Shown here: positions 1 through 10,558 of the stretch, in pieces
Layout of the letters: each line of letters starts with the position of its first letter
Position numbering within the stretch: the stretch's first letter is position 1
Source of the DNA: Octopus bimaculoides
Lineage: Eukaryota
Assembly: GCF_001194135.2 (NCBI RefSeq)
Contig: NC_068982.1
Span: 23,237,713 to 23,274,029 of the forward strand
Direction: 5' to 3'
Length of the DNA: 36,317 nucleotides
The notes under the pieces: model-generated
Told to the model about the DNA's origin: nothing
Database searches by the model: none
The model's input: the letters and a program-made list of their open reading frames with translations, nothing else
Made by a program: the position numbers and the translations under genes

Positions 1-360
1 ACCATACACATTCTTTCGCCATAGCCACAAGTACGATGAAAATAGCTCTTCCTTCCCGTTTAAAGGAAGGAGGCGCGACAATATTCATGATAGACTCGGC
101 TGATAGACCGACTCGTCCCACACGCGATAGCAGTTGTTCGACGTAAGCCCACAGCTCGGAAATGGTGGGACACTGTACGAGTGCGTGCAGAACGGTTTCG
201 TCGCTCTGTCGGCATCTCGGACAGGTCGGCCCCGTGTTTCTCGAGCCATGCCTGTAGAGCTTATCCCGAACGTTTGGAGGTCTGGACCAAACCAGACCCC
301 GAGCAACTCAACCGGATCGTCAGTCCAACGTCCCACGACGGAGGCGCTACTTGACGGCAT
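1..360 (-). mobile_element. Tx1/L1-clade non-LTR retrotransposon ORF2 remnant (end of RT fused to C-terminal zinc knuckle), runs off window start
   Basis: Minus strand reads MPSSSASVVGRWTDDPVELLGVWFGPDLQ (RT C-terminal xLGV motif, 360-272). In another frame it continues VRDKLYRHGSRNTGPTCPRCRQSDETVLHALVQCPTISELWAYVEQLLSRVG...AMAKECVW, a CxxC-E-H-C zf-RVT-like motif typical of L1/Tx1. Confidence 0.8.
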
Positions 361-525
361 TAATAACGCTACCTCTATCAATAACTTTTTGACATTTGCC
401 AATGAGATTTGGAAATAATTTCCTTTCCAGTAGCATCAAATGTGGCAGACGACTGTATCAATAAGTTTTCGAGAATTCATATACTTCCAGGGCAGGTGTT
501 TATCCAAATCAATATTGTTTCTTCT

Positions 526-752
526 TTCTTTATTGCCCACAATGGGCTAAACATAGAGGGGACAACAATAACAGACAAAGGGATTTAGTCGGTTACATCA
601 AGCCCAGTGTGTAACTGGTACTTAATTTATCGACCCCGAAAGGATGAAAGGCAAAATCGACCTCGGCGGAATTTGAACTCAGAACATAACGGCAGACAAG
701 ATACCGATAAGCATTTCGCCCGGCGTGCTAACATTTCTGCGAGCTCGCCGCC
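526..752 (-). mobile_element. Full-length tRNA-derived SINE with target-site duplication
   Basis: Minus strand starts GGCGGCGAGCTCGCAGAAATGTTAGC (A-box-like), has B-box GTTCAAATTCC and a central GCCTTTCATCCTTTCGGGGTCGATAAATTAAGTACCAG (resembles a Meta-type SINE core from memory, unverified). Flanked by identical AAATCAATATTGTTTCTTCT at 506-525 and 753-772. Confidence 0.9.
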
Positions 753-916
753 AAATCAATATTGTTTCTTCTGAGATGTTATCCTTCGATTGGTAAGAAA
801 ACCATTATGTAAGCCCCCTTCAAATCATCCAAAGCTATCGTAAAATATTGGGACCTACTGCATAATGTACGTTTGTTTATATAATGTCTTTGAAAATACA
901 GGATAGGTTCTTAAAT

Positions 917-1233
917 GCGTGGCCTAGTGGTTAGGGTATTCGGCTCACGATCGCAAGATCGTCAGTTCGATTCCCAGTGGTGCATTGTGTCCTTGAGCAA
1001 GACATTTTACTTCACGTTGCTCCTGTCCATAAAGCTGGCAAAAATTTAGTAGTACTTGTATTTCAAAGGGCCAGCCTTGTCACATTCTGTGGCACACTGT
1101 ATCTCCTTGAGAATTACGTGAAGGGTACGCGTGTCTCTGCAGTGCTCAATCACTTGCACTCTAATTTCACGAGCATGCTGTTCCCTTGTTCGGATCAAAT
1201 GGAACCCTCGTCGTCGTAACTGACGGATTGCCA
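917..1233 (+). mobile_element. tRNA-derived SINE (second family, CORE-like central motif)
   Basis: A-box TGGCCTAGTGG at 920-930 and B-box GTTCGATTCC at 965-974, then TGTGTCCTTGAGCAAGACA (CORE-SINE-like) and a ~250-bp body. No tRNA 3' acceptor arm. Confidence 0.8.
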
Positions 1234-1453
1234 GTTATTATTGTAAAATACCTTGATGATCTAGATTGAAACACTAACTATAGCTACAATGTCTTTATAA
1301 ATTAACTAGATATACCCTTTGCTGCTACAATTACCCGTTGTAATTTCAAGAAGATAATATTTGCGCTGCAGTTTTGCTTTCCGTTTCTTATACAGACGTA
1401 CGTTATGAACTAACACGAATGAATTCTTCAAACATTTTAGGATACTTATTTAT

Positions 1454-1500
1454 TGCTGCTGCTGCTGCTGCTTCTGCTACTACTACTACTACTACTACTA
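1454..1500. repeat. Compound (GCT)n/(ACT)n microsatellite
   Basis: Directly visible. Confidence 0.95.
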
Positions 1501-2598
1501 CCAAGCGAACGTATGTAGATCGTTCATGTCAATATAGATGTTTTCGATCTAATTTGCATTCTTTGCCATCAAATTGGAATTTTCTTTTCAATCAAATTTG
1601 ATGGCAAAGTATCCAAACTAGATCGAAAACATCTATAATATTGTTGCAGACATAATTCGAAGTCGTAATTTTGTGAATCAAGCAGCCAATGTCATTTATT
1701 TTCATTTTTATAGTATCCTATATAAGAATCATTCACTGTCTACAATTGACTCAATTTACATGGCCAACTTTTTTAAACAGCTACAAACTGATGTTACATA
1801 TAATGTTTTCCCTTTTTAAATTTATCTACTCTTTTAACTCAATATTCAATATCTATGTTCATTGTGAATGAGAATTAGTTTCATAGCCTTAAAATATCAA
1901 CTTTAGTTATAGATTATCGTAATGTCTTCTACCCTTCAGCGTCTTTTAATCGCAAAAATAGAAAACGAAACAAATAAAAATTGCCACAACAAAAAAGAAA
2001 AGAAAAGAAAATTGAAAATCAATTATAGAAAATTAAACGGTCAAAGTAAGAATGCAATCTCAGAAAAGGCATTTGTAAGATATCGGTGAAGAATCTTAAG
2101 GAAGCCATATAGATAACATGATAGTGGATAATACTTAAAAGTCGAAAACAAATTTTTATTTTCATATACTTATTCACAATAATAAGAATAGTGTGGAAAT
2201 AAGAAAGAAGTATTTATTATGTAGAATAACCAATATTTGATACTTTTATTTCTATTTATTTAAAATCAGAATGAATGCTAATATCGTTAAAAAGTGTTGA
2301 AAATGTATAAATTTCAATTCAATATCGAAGTTGTTCTAATATTTTTAAACTTTTAGATTTATAGCTAAACAATTTCTATTTGATTAGCATCTATTTTAAT
2401 GCTATGACACTAATAATGATGATGAAACTAGTTTTTAATGGAATCATGATAATTTGAAACGAAGCAGAAGTATCTACATGACCACTCGAACTGAAAAACG
2501 TAGAAGAAAATCCCCGGTCTATCCACTGTAGCAACTTCAAATAACGACCGAATACCTTGGAATTTATAGATATTCTATGCCTATAAAAATATCATATA

Positions 2599-3230
2599 CA
2601 CTGAACCGCAAAAAGAAACGCGAGATGTGTGTGACTGTGAAATATATCTTAATTTCATTATGTCACAGATAAATTTTGATAAATTTGATAAAGTCAATTT
2701 CTTGGATGCACGTATATGGATCGTTGCCATGTGTTCTGGTAGTGGGCGGATCCAGCACACCGAGATTGAAGGGCGTGATATGTTCAATACCCTCCCTGGC
2801 TGTTCAAAAAGGCCATGCATCGTCGGTACATGGAGTGGATGGGGTGGTTCACAAAAGCCATTGGCACCTGTGACCGCAATCTGAGAAAAGCTACCTCCAG
2901 TTCCACACGAGTTGTCAGCCTTGGGAGCACCTGATTCAGAAGTCTCTGGATTTCATCCTACAGGTGTGCAATTGGGTTCAAATCTGGGCTGAGAGTCGGT
3001 CACGGCTCTCAGTAGGAAGTCTATGGAGACTCTGACCATGAGGCAGGGAGTCCATGGTGATCCTGGTCGTGTGTGTGTGAGGGAGAGAGAATTTCCTGCT
3101 GGAACACGTGACTATGGTGACGCGCGAAGAAGAGCATGATGTGAGGTTTTACGATCTGTTCAACGTAGCACTCTGCTGTGTTGCCATTCCCTCTCTCTGC
3201 ACTAATATTTTGGAACACATAGAGCCCAGT
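2599..3230 (-). mobile_element. Tc1-family (DD34E) DNA transposon, decayed 3' part with one terminal inverted repeat
   Basis: Minus strand: GNGNTAECYVEQIVKPHIMLFFARHHSHVFQQ, a frameshift, then P*PTLSPDLNPIAHL*DEIQRLLNQV...HSMYRRCMAFLNSQGGY* (stop at 2784-2786). This matches the Tc1 SPDLNPIEHLWD and GG.T.Y terminus. The end reads TA|CACTGAACCGCAAAAAGAAACGC at 2597-2621; the partner TIR is not in the window. Confidence 0.85.
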
Positions 3231-3295
3231 TCTCTAGACAACTAGCTTGTAATTTTAAACGTGTCTGACTCCTTTACCGACACAAAATGAACTCT

Positions 3296-3428
3296 GCATG
3301 GCTCAGTGGTTAGCGCGTCGGGCTCACAATCATAAAGTAGTGAGTTCCATTCCAGGACCAGACTGTGTGCTGTGTTCTTGCGGCGCTTTATTTCATGTTG
3401 GTCTTATTTACTTAGCTGTTGAAATGAG

Positions 3429-3430
<2 letters not shown>
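3296..3430 (+). mobile_element. 5' half of a tRNA-derived SINE, same family as 917-1233
   Basis: A-box TGGCTCAGTGG at 3299-3309, degenerate B-box GTTCCATTCC at 3344-3353, shared GGCTCAC.ATC and TGTGTTCTTG motifs. Ends in (GA)n. Confidence 0.7.
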
Positions 3431-3468
<38 letters not shown>

Positions 3469-3492
3469 NNNNNNNNNNNNNNNNNNNNNNNN

Positions 3493-3534
<42 letters not shown>
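3426..3534. repeat. (GA)n microsatellite spanning an N-gap
   Basis: Directly visible; gap at 3469-3492. Confidence 0.95.
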
Positions 3535-3537
<3 letters not shown>

Positions 3538-3744
3538 TGCGTAGAGTGAGAGAAAGATGGAATTAGAGCGTGCGGGAGATAGAGCGTGAGAGAATGGTGA
3601 CATCGCTGTGTCAAATTGTATCGGCCTTTGCCTTTCCCTTGGGTAACATCGGTGGCGTGAAGAAGAGAGCTGAAATGCGTGGGCGATCTGCTGGCCTTCC
3701 ATGAACAACCTTGGTGATCTGAGATCAACAACAACTTCAAGGAC

Positions 3745-3856
3745 TCCTATACTCCATATATAAGTATTCCTACACCAACTAATCTCAAATTACGTCCCAT
3801 TGTTGCAGGGCCAGCATCCAGCACCCAAAGATTTATCAATTTGCTTGATATAATTA
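3745..3856 (+). mobile_element. Short Penelope-like element RT fragment
   Basis: Reads SYTPYISIPTPTNLKLRPIVAGPASSTQRFINLLDII, resembling the PLE RT motif (P)LRPIV...T..L...LD. Only ~37 codons. Confidence 0.55.
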
Positions 3857-4223
3857 TGATATTAGACCAGTCTATCTTGGATACAACAATTCTTGTAAGA
3901 GGTTTATATATCCTCTTAATAATTGTATAATTATGTGTGNNNNNNNNNNNNNNNNNNNNNNNNNNNNNNNNNNNNNNNNNNNNNNNNNNNNNNNNNNNNN
4001 NNNNNNNNNNNNNNNNNNNNNNNNNNNNNNNNNNNNNNNNNNNNNNNNNNNNNNNNNNNNNNNNNNNNNNNNNNNNNNNNNNNNNNNNNNNNNNNNNNNN
4101 NNNNNNNNNNNNNNNNNNNNNNNNNNNNNNNNNNNNNNNNNNNNNNNNNNNNNNNNNNNNNNNNNNNNNNNNNNNNNNNNNNNNNNNNNNNNNNNNNNNN
4201 NNNNNNNNNNNNNNNNNNNNNNN

Positions 4224-4254
<31 letters not shown>

Positions 4255-4788
4255 TGTGATAATGTTAATGAGGAGGACGACGACGACAACGAAGATGACG
4301 ACGTTGGCGACGGTGATCCTGATGTCCGTCTCGCAGTCCATTGGATTAAAACGTGTTAGAGTGAAACATGTCTATCTTTATAGGATACGGTCTGGTGATC
4401 TACTACAAGACGTCTTTTAACTGTCCATAATGTTCTTCCCACTTTGTTTTCCGCCACACATTTTAACTATGTATCAGTGATATTTTAATACCTTAATGTA
4501 ATTGTTTCGTTAATTGATTTTGAGAGCACGAATGTAGCTGATCTGACTGCTTACTTCATCATAACACCAAAGTGTTTCGTTTCTAATTTTCAAGTAAAGT
4601 GAATATTAAACAACTTATGCTTTAAGCAAATAATGCACAACAATCTACAAGATCTATAGTTATTCAATTTCCTTTTGTTATAACTGAAGTAAAAATCACG
4701 ATTAGAAGAAATTAGATAACAAACTCAAAAGAAAATATTGAATAAATAAATATATAAATAAACGATAACAAACCCAAATTCATATTCG

Positions 4789-4823
<35 letters not shown>

Positions 4824-5139
4824 GATATTTTATTGATGTAATTTAATTGCAATGTTGAAGCATGTATAATTGTTTGTTTATCTGAAGATTTATCAAAACG
4901 TACTTGGTCTAATTAAATTTTTCATATTTCCAGTTAATTTTTTTTTTTTTTTCATTTGTTTTCTGTAGCTGTATGTTGCCAAAAGGAAGCTATAAGAGAA
5001 AGAAATAGAACTTCTAATATTGTTATTTTACGATAGCTTTTTTTTTTTCATTATTTCCTTGCAGACGATCTGACGAAGTTTGAATAGAGACAAAACCGGT
5101 GAAAAAAAGATACGACGAAAAAAAATATGATATAATAAT

Positions 5140-6050
5140 AGATAAATACATAAAGAAATAAATGTAAATATAAGAAGCCGAAAGCCTTTCCGACTGACCA
5201 ACTAACAAAACCAAGGAACACTTCTTTTCTATATCTATGATCACGCGAAAGAGCAAGAGAAATGTAAAAAGAAATACCAAACAAACGAGAATAAATTATT
5301 AGGAAATCAGGTTAGAATGTAATGTATTCGTTCAGAATACCTACCTAATTTCTTTCAATAGTTATGTCTCAATTGTAAGCAGAAGTCTTTGTAAACAAAC
5401 AATATTGATCGAGTCACATATTCTCAATGATTCTTTGCCACTGAAAATAATTTTTTTTCACAAGACACACATATATTCAAAGACGCGCAGCAACATACCA
5501 ATACGCATAGATGCATTGCTGTATAAAAAAAAAAGAAAAAAAAAACAGAATTAAAATACGAAGTCCTGGTGCTTCTTTTATGATGTCTTTCTATTTTTAG
5601 ACTTCAACATATTTAATTTTTGCTTGGCTTCCGCGCGTGCTATTTTTGCCCCCTCCACGCCCACACACACTTACGTACAATCGTATATATACACGAATAT
5701 ATATATTTACAGAGAGCGCGTACAAACAACAAACTCACACATAAACTCATACTCAAGCAAATATACACGCACAACACACACATAACTTGAATGGTCACAC
5801 ACTCATTTACATATATGTGTAGACATCTGATTAAAATATCCCTGTGCTTGGACACGAATGCAACACAGAAGGCAAAATATAGGTCGCAGCATATATATAT
5901 TGATAGATAGCGAAATATATGTTTGTATATATTTCTCTTGTTCTTTCGCGTGATCATAGATCGATAATGGAATAGTTCTGGGGTTTTCTTAGTTGGACAT
6001 TCGGAAAGGCTTTCGGCTTCTGATATTTACATATTTCTTTATGTATTCAT
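5140..6050. repeat. Long imperfect inverted repeat: arms 5140-5263 and 5931-6050, spacer ~670 bp
   Basis: The reverse complement of the left arm aligns to the right arm at roughly 80-85% by eye. Shared blocks include TTTCTCTTG.TCTTTCGCGTGATCATAGAT and TTAGTTGG.CA.TCGGAAAGGCTTTCGGCTTCT.ATATTTACA. Confidence 0.85.
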
Positions 6051-6344
6051 ATACACACGTCTACCCTGATTGCAGAAAGCTTCTCAATACGAAATATTTA
6101 GAACACAATAACAGAAAATATGTCAAATTTTGCAAGAGAGCAGCTCAATTTGGAGTGCCCGGCAGTTCGATAAAAGAAACCTGTTCATGTGTCTACACCT
6201 GCTAAATATTTCAGATCTCGTATTCAGTAGTGAGTTGGAATATCAAGATCGAAGAATGTGAAATCTTTCTACTAAGCATAACTTGCTTTTCTTAGATCCA
6301 TTAACATATGGCTTGGATCTCTCCACTATAATCCACTTAATTGT

Positions 6345-6872
6345 ATGTGGTTTGAAGCATACACAAATGGAAGTTTTGACAACGCCGGCCTTTTTTGTGT
6401 GTTTCAACTGTGGCTCCACGGCATTGTTTATATACCACACTAAGCTGCCTCCATCTGGTTCGTTACGGTTCTGACAGCTGATCAAGCCTCTGCTACCCTT
6501 CCTTCTGGACAAGTACAGCCTATCAGTGTCACTCTTAGGGGTGGAAGGTTCGGTGTACTGACAACATTTTTCTGGTCTTGGTATCCATTTTCTTCACTTC
6601 TCTCTTTTGCTGTTTTATAATTCCCGCTCCATAATGAAGTGATGCTATCTCTCATTTATTAAATGCTTGAATTTTATTCCATCCGGTCGATTTTGAGCGC
6701 AACCACAACCTCAGTCTTCAGAAACACTCCATCATCGGTTGTTCTTTCACTTCCTTTTCCATTATCTCTTTGAACTGTAGTACACAAAGGTATTTGTATC
6801 CTTCGTCTCAATTTGTTTAATCAAGTCTCTATTCGGTAATTCTATCCCTGCTCGGATCTGTACCTTGCCTCC
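6345..6872 (-). mobile_element. R4/Dong-clade non-LTR retrotransposon fragment (RT C-terminus/thumb)
   Basis: With frameshifts the minus strand reads GIELPN..IKQIE.EGYKYLCVLQ..RLRLWLRSKSTGWNKIQAFN..YGAGII..KMDTKTRKML..HPKSDTDRLYLSRRKGSRGLI. Its 5' end lies next to (TAT/CAT)n at ~6894-6936. Confidence 0.8.
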
Positions 6873-7473
6873 TTTTAGGTTGATTATTCCGCACTATTAT
6901 TATTATCATCATCATTATTATTATTATTATTATTATGGCTGTCAGCCTGGCAAGCCCCGCTTGACTTGGCTCCGTGAATTTTATAAGAAAACAAAAACAC
7001 ATAATATCTTATTTGCACCCTGTAAGTTTATAACATCATGGACAACAAGTTATTTGCTTTTGAGTGGTGAGTTTAGTTTCCTATTGTACCCTCCAGCTTT
7101 GGGGGAAGAAATGCATTTTTTCTGTTTCTTTAATCAAAGTTGTGTGCGTTTTCCACCACCAACATGGAGAAAACACAAAACACGCCGACGCTCGTATGTG
7201 AGAGAGGGGGTGAAAGAGTGGGGCTTCACCAAAAGCCAATGAGAGAGGATGCATGCGTGCGAAGCGACTTCGGTCTGAAAAACAAAACAGACGATAGTCG
7301 TATTTCTCTAAAAAACAACAAAAAAAAAACAACGGAGCCAATAATTTTATTGAGGACTACTCAGAAGATCTTTTGGAAAGCAAAGGCTCTGTTTTTAACA
7401 ATATTATTCAAAGGGAAGACATTAACTTCGAAAATAAAAGCGGTGAAAGGTCTTCCGTGAGCGAATAAGAACC

Positions 7474-8170
7474 ATAGCAGCAGCAGCAACAACAACAACA
7501 ACAACAACTACAACATCAGCAGCACCATCAATAACCACAACAGCAACATCAATAGTAAAGGTGACAACAGCAACAGCAAAACCAACAGCGGCAGCAACAA
7601 AAGCAAGAACAACAAAGACAATGACAATGAAAGAGCTAAGACGCAAACTGCTACAACGTCCTGGAACAGCCTTTCAAAGCTTTCTTTCGCTGGAGTAACT
7701 AAATCATCTCTCCAGAAAATGCAATTATCATCAGAAGAACTGAAATAATGTAGACTGTTAGTCGAGAGAGTTGGACTAGCTATAAATTTGAATACCCCAC
7801 CTGAGACAATCCAAGCTACGATACGTCGCACAGAGACGTACCGTGCAATCGAGTTAAAGTCAAGGAGGGTGGAAAGAGCCATAGAGGCTCAAATACAACA
7901 AGCTTAAGATTCCCTCTGGAGTCAAAAGGAAAGGCCTATGGAATGTTGGACGTTCGATTCCACACAAAGGAAGAAGCCAAACATCACTCTATGGATCCCC
8001 TCAGAAGCGAGAAGCTGTTGCTAGTTCCTTACTACTACGGTCAGAGACTCGCAAAACCTATAACTCAGCAGGTGCCACCAGAAATGGCCATTCCTTGTCT
8101 AATTGCGCCAGTGATAATAGACATTGAGGACAATTCGAAAATCCCCCGAAGACTATCACTATATCAATAA
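7474..8170 (+). pseudogene. Possible decayed LINE ORF1 (L1/Tx1-like) remnant with Thr-rich N-terminus
   Basis: Coding-like, GC-richer stretch with stops and frameshifts: ...TYRAIELKSRRVERAIEAQI.../GKAYGMLDVRFHTKEEAK...LLLVPYYYGQRLAK...VPPE. Resemblance judged from memory only. Confidence 0.35.
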
Positions 8171-8175
8171 TGCCC

Positions 8176-8232
<57 letters not shown>

Positions 8233-8309
8233 TATTATTATTATTATTATTATTATTGTTATTATTATTATCATTGTAATTATCATTGTTATCATTATTA
8301 TTATTATGA

Positions 8310-8391
<82 letters not shown>

Positions 8392-8414
8392 TTTTATTTT
8401 TATTATTATTATTA
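8176..8414. repeat. Long interrupted (TTA)n microsatellite; 3' flank/tail of the adjacent minus-strand Dong element
   Basis: Directly visible. Confidence 0.95.
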
Positions 8415-8417
8415 TAT

Positions 8418-9250
8418 ATTCGACTTTTGCTTTGTATTTTTACAAGTTGGTTCCAAGAGTGAACCAGATACCTCAAGAGATAAAAAAGTTAGACGCGCAT
8501 GTTGGTGTTATGCCTACGGTACCATGTATTTGGTTTTGTACATAGTATTATTCAAGAGAATGTTTAAGAAAACATAAGAAATTTACGAGTTTGCTTTAAA
8601 ATTTGAGATTACATAAAAAAGTATTTTACGTAGGATATTGGCAGTTCCCATGAGCACTATCTCTTGAATTCCTGCCATTTTGGGGTTTCCTGGTATCTGA
8701 GCTTGTTAGTAATCAGCCCCTTTTGCTATAATTCCTAGGGCACCTATGACAACAGGTAGTGTTTTAGTCTTCAAGTTCTACATTTTGCCAATTTCTATTT
8801 CAAGATCTGTTAACTTGCTCAGGTTTTGGCAGGTCTTGACAGATACATTTATGTCGATTGGAACAGTCATATCCATGAGGAGTCATGGTTTTTGTCTGAA
8901 GTCTTTTAATATAATGTCTGGCCTATTCGCATCTATCTTTCTGTCAGTTTGAATGGTGAAGTTCCAGAAGAGTGAGATGTAATCCTTTTCAAGCACTCGT
9001 GGTGGTTTGTGTTCCCACCAGTTCTTATCATGGGGCAGGTCCAGTTTTTTGCACATTATCCATTGAATATATTGTGCATCTCTATCATGCCCGTTGAGAT
9101 ACTCTGGAGGCGCAAGAAGACTGCACATGGAGAGAACAAGATCAATGGTTTCTTTTCGATGTTGACATACACGACATATTAGGTTACTACTATGCTGGCC
9201 TGATAGTTTCTTCAAAGTAGGCATTGATCTTGGGCTGCTATGATAAACCC
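8418..9250 (-). mobile_element. 5'-truncated R4/Dong-clade element (CCHC finger, restriction-like endonuclease, 3' UTR) between TAA arrays
   Basis: Minus strand: GFIIAAQDQCL..ICRVCQHRKETIDLVLSMCSLLA..HD...WWEHKPPRVLE..LFWNFTIQTDRKIDANRPDIILKD..LLMDMTVPID..LEIEIGKM*NLKT..PVVIGALG..VLMGTANILRKIL. (TAA)n lies on both sides. Confidence 0.9.
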
Positions 9251-9257
9251 CTACTAC

Positions 9258-9323
<66 letters not shown>
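9251..9323. repeat. (TAT)n microsatellite at 5' end of Dong element
   Basis: Directly visible. Confidence 0.95.
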
Positions 9324-9490
9324 GTTGTTACTGTTTGTTTTTCTTCCTTCTTCAAATTTTCTTCCATTTCTCGCCGAGTGTTTTCCGTACACCTAGGACA
9401 GAGAAACTCGTTGTATGTATTCCAAGTTTACACACGCAAATTCACAGGTAAAATATGTATTTAAAAAAAAGAAAAATTCATGAATGGATG

Positions 9491-9541
9491 TTATTATTAT
9501 TATTATTATTCATTAGCATTAGTAGTAGTAGTAGTAGTAGT

Positions 9542-9618
<77 letters not shown>

Positions 9619-9667
9619 CAGAAGCAGCAGCAGCTTAAAACAGTGGCAGCAGCAGTAGTTGCAGTAG
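9491..9667. repeat. Compound (TTA)/(TAG)/(CAG) microsatellite
   Basis: Directly visible. Confidence 0.9.
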
Positions 9668-10241
9668 TAGAAACACTTAGCTGCTATGAAGGTATACGCA
9701 TTCATTTTGTCGTGTATATAAGGTTTTTTTCCGAAGGAAATACAATAAAATACATACATGTTTTATCTATTTGTGCATAAACGATATTTTTTTTCGTTTT
9801 TTTGTGTTTATGTTTGGGCGTCATATTTCACGTCTTAACACCAAAGGCAAAGAAATTTTTTAAAAAATGTAAATTAGTAAATCAATTATGCTAGTAAGCA
9901 GATAAAGTGAAACGCATTTCCATTAGTTTTCTTGATTCCAGTCTGAGATATTGACTTCAAACTTCGCCATAAAAAAACTTTGCCCTTTCATGGTCGTATT
10001 CAAAACCGTACAAAGCATGAGCGACTAACATACGTCCGGTATATGTTCAAGCCTTTTGGCCAGTCTCTGGAAATTAGATAGAAAGCCACATATATTTAAC
10101 CAATGAGTATTTCTTTTGTATTCTTTGAGAGATAAGTTTTCTATGTAATCATGTGACTTTAAGAGCTGCACAAGTTTTACCAATACGAAGACTAGTATAT
10201 ATCTCACCTTTGTGCTTTGAGAGAGAAAAATTGTGTGATTA

Positions 10242-10285
<44 letters not shown>

Positions 10286-10480
10286 NNNNNNNNNNNNNNN
10301 NNNNNNNNNNNNNNNNNNNNNNNNNNNNNNNNNNNNNNNNNNNNNNNNNNNNNNNNNNNNNNNNNNNNNNNNNNNNNNNNNNNNNNNNNNNNNNNNNNNG
10401 AACTAAATTGTTCTCAACATGAAATATAGCAGCATACCAAAAACGTGAGCGGGCAAGACATTTAAAATCACCTAAAAAAG

Positions 10481-10558
10481 CATTATTAAACAGGAACTAG
10501 TTTCGGATTTAACAAATTCTTACCATTTGTCTATTCCTCATCAGCCTGATTTGTAATG
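10481..10558 (-). ncRNA. Minimal type-I hammerhead ribozyme motif (Penelope-like/retrozyme type), catalytic core intact
   Basis: RNA: CAUUACAAAUCAGG-CUGAUGA-GGAAUAGACAAAUGGUAAGAAUUUGUUAAAUCC-GAAA-CUAG-UU-CCUGUUUAAUAAUG. Helix I is CAGG/CCUG extended by CAUUA/UAAUG. Helix II is GGA/UCC plus GACAAAU/AUUUGUU. Helix III is the palindrome AACUAGUU. Predicted GUU cleavage falls between 10495 and 10494. Confidence 0.7.

Noticed and set aside
917-990. tRNA gene (also 3296-3356)
   Set aside because: A and B boxes are present, but there is no complete cloverleaf or acceptor stem and the sequence continues into a SINE body.
5070-5101. Fourth hammerhead candidate CTGACGAAGTTTGAATAGAGACAAAACCGGTG
   Set aside because: G12 is missing (AAAA instead of GAAA), the triplet is GUG and there is no helix I; at most a relic.
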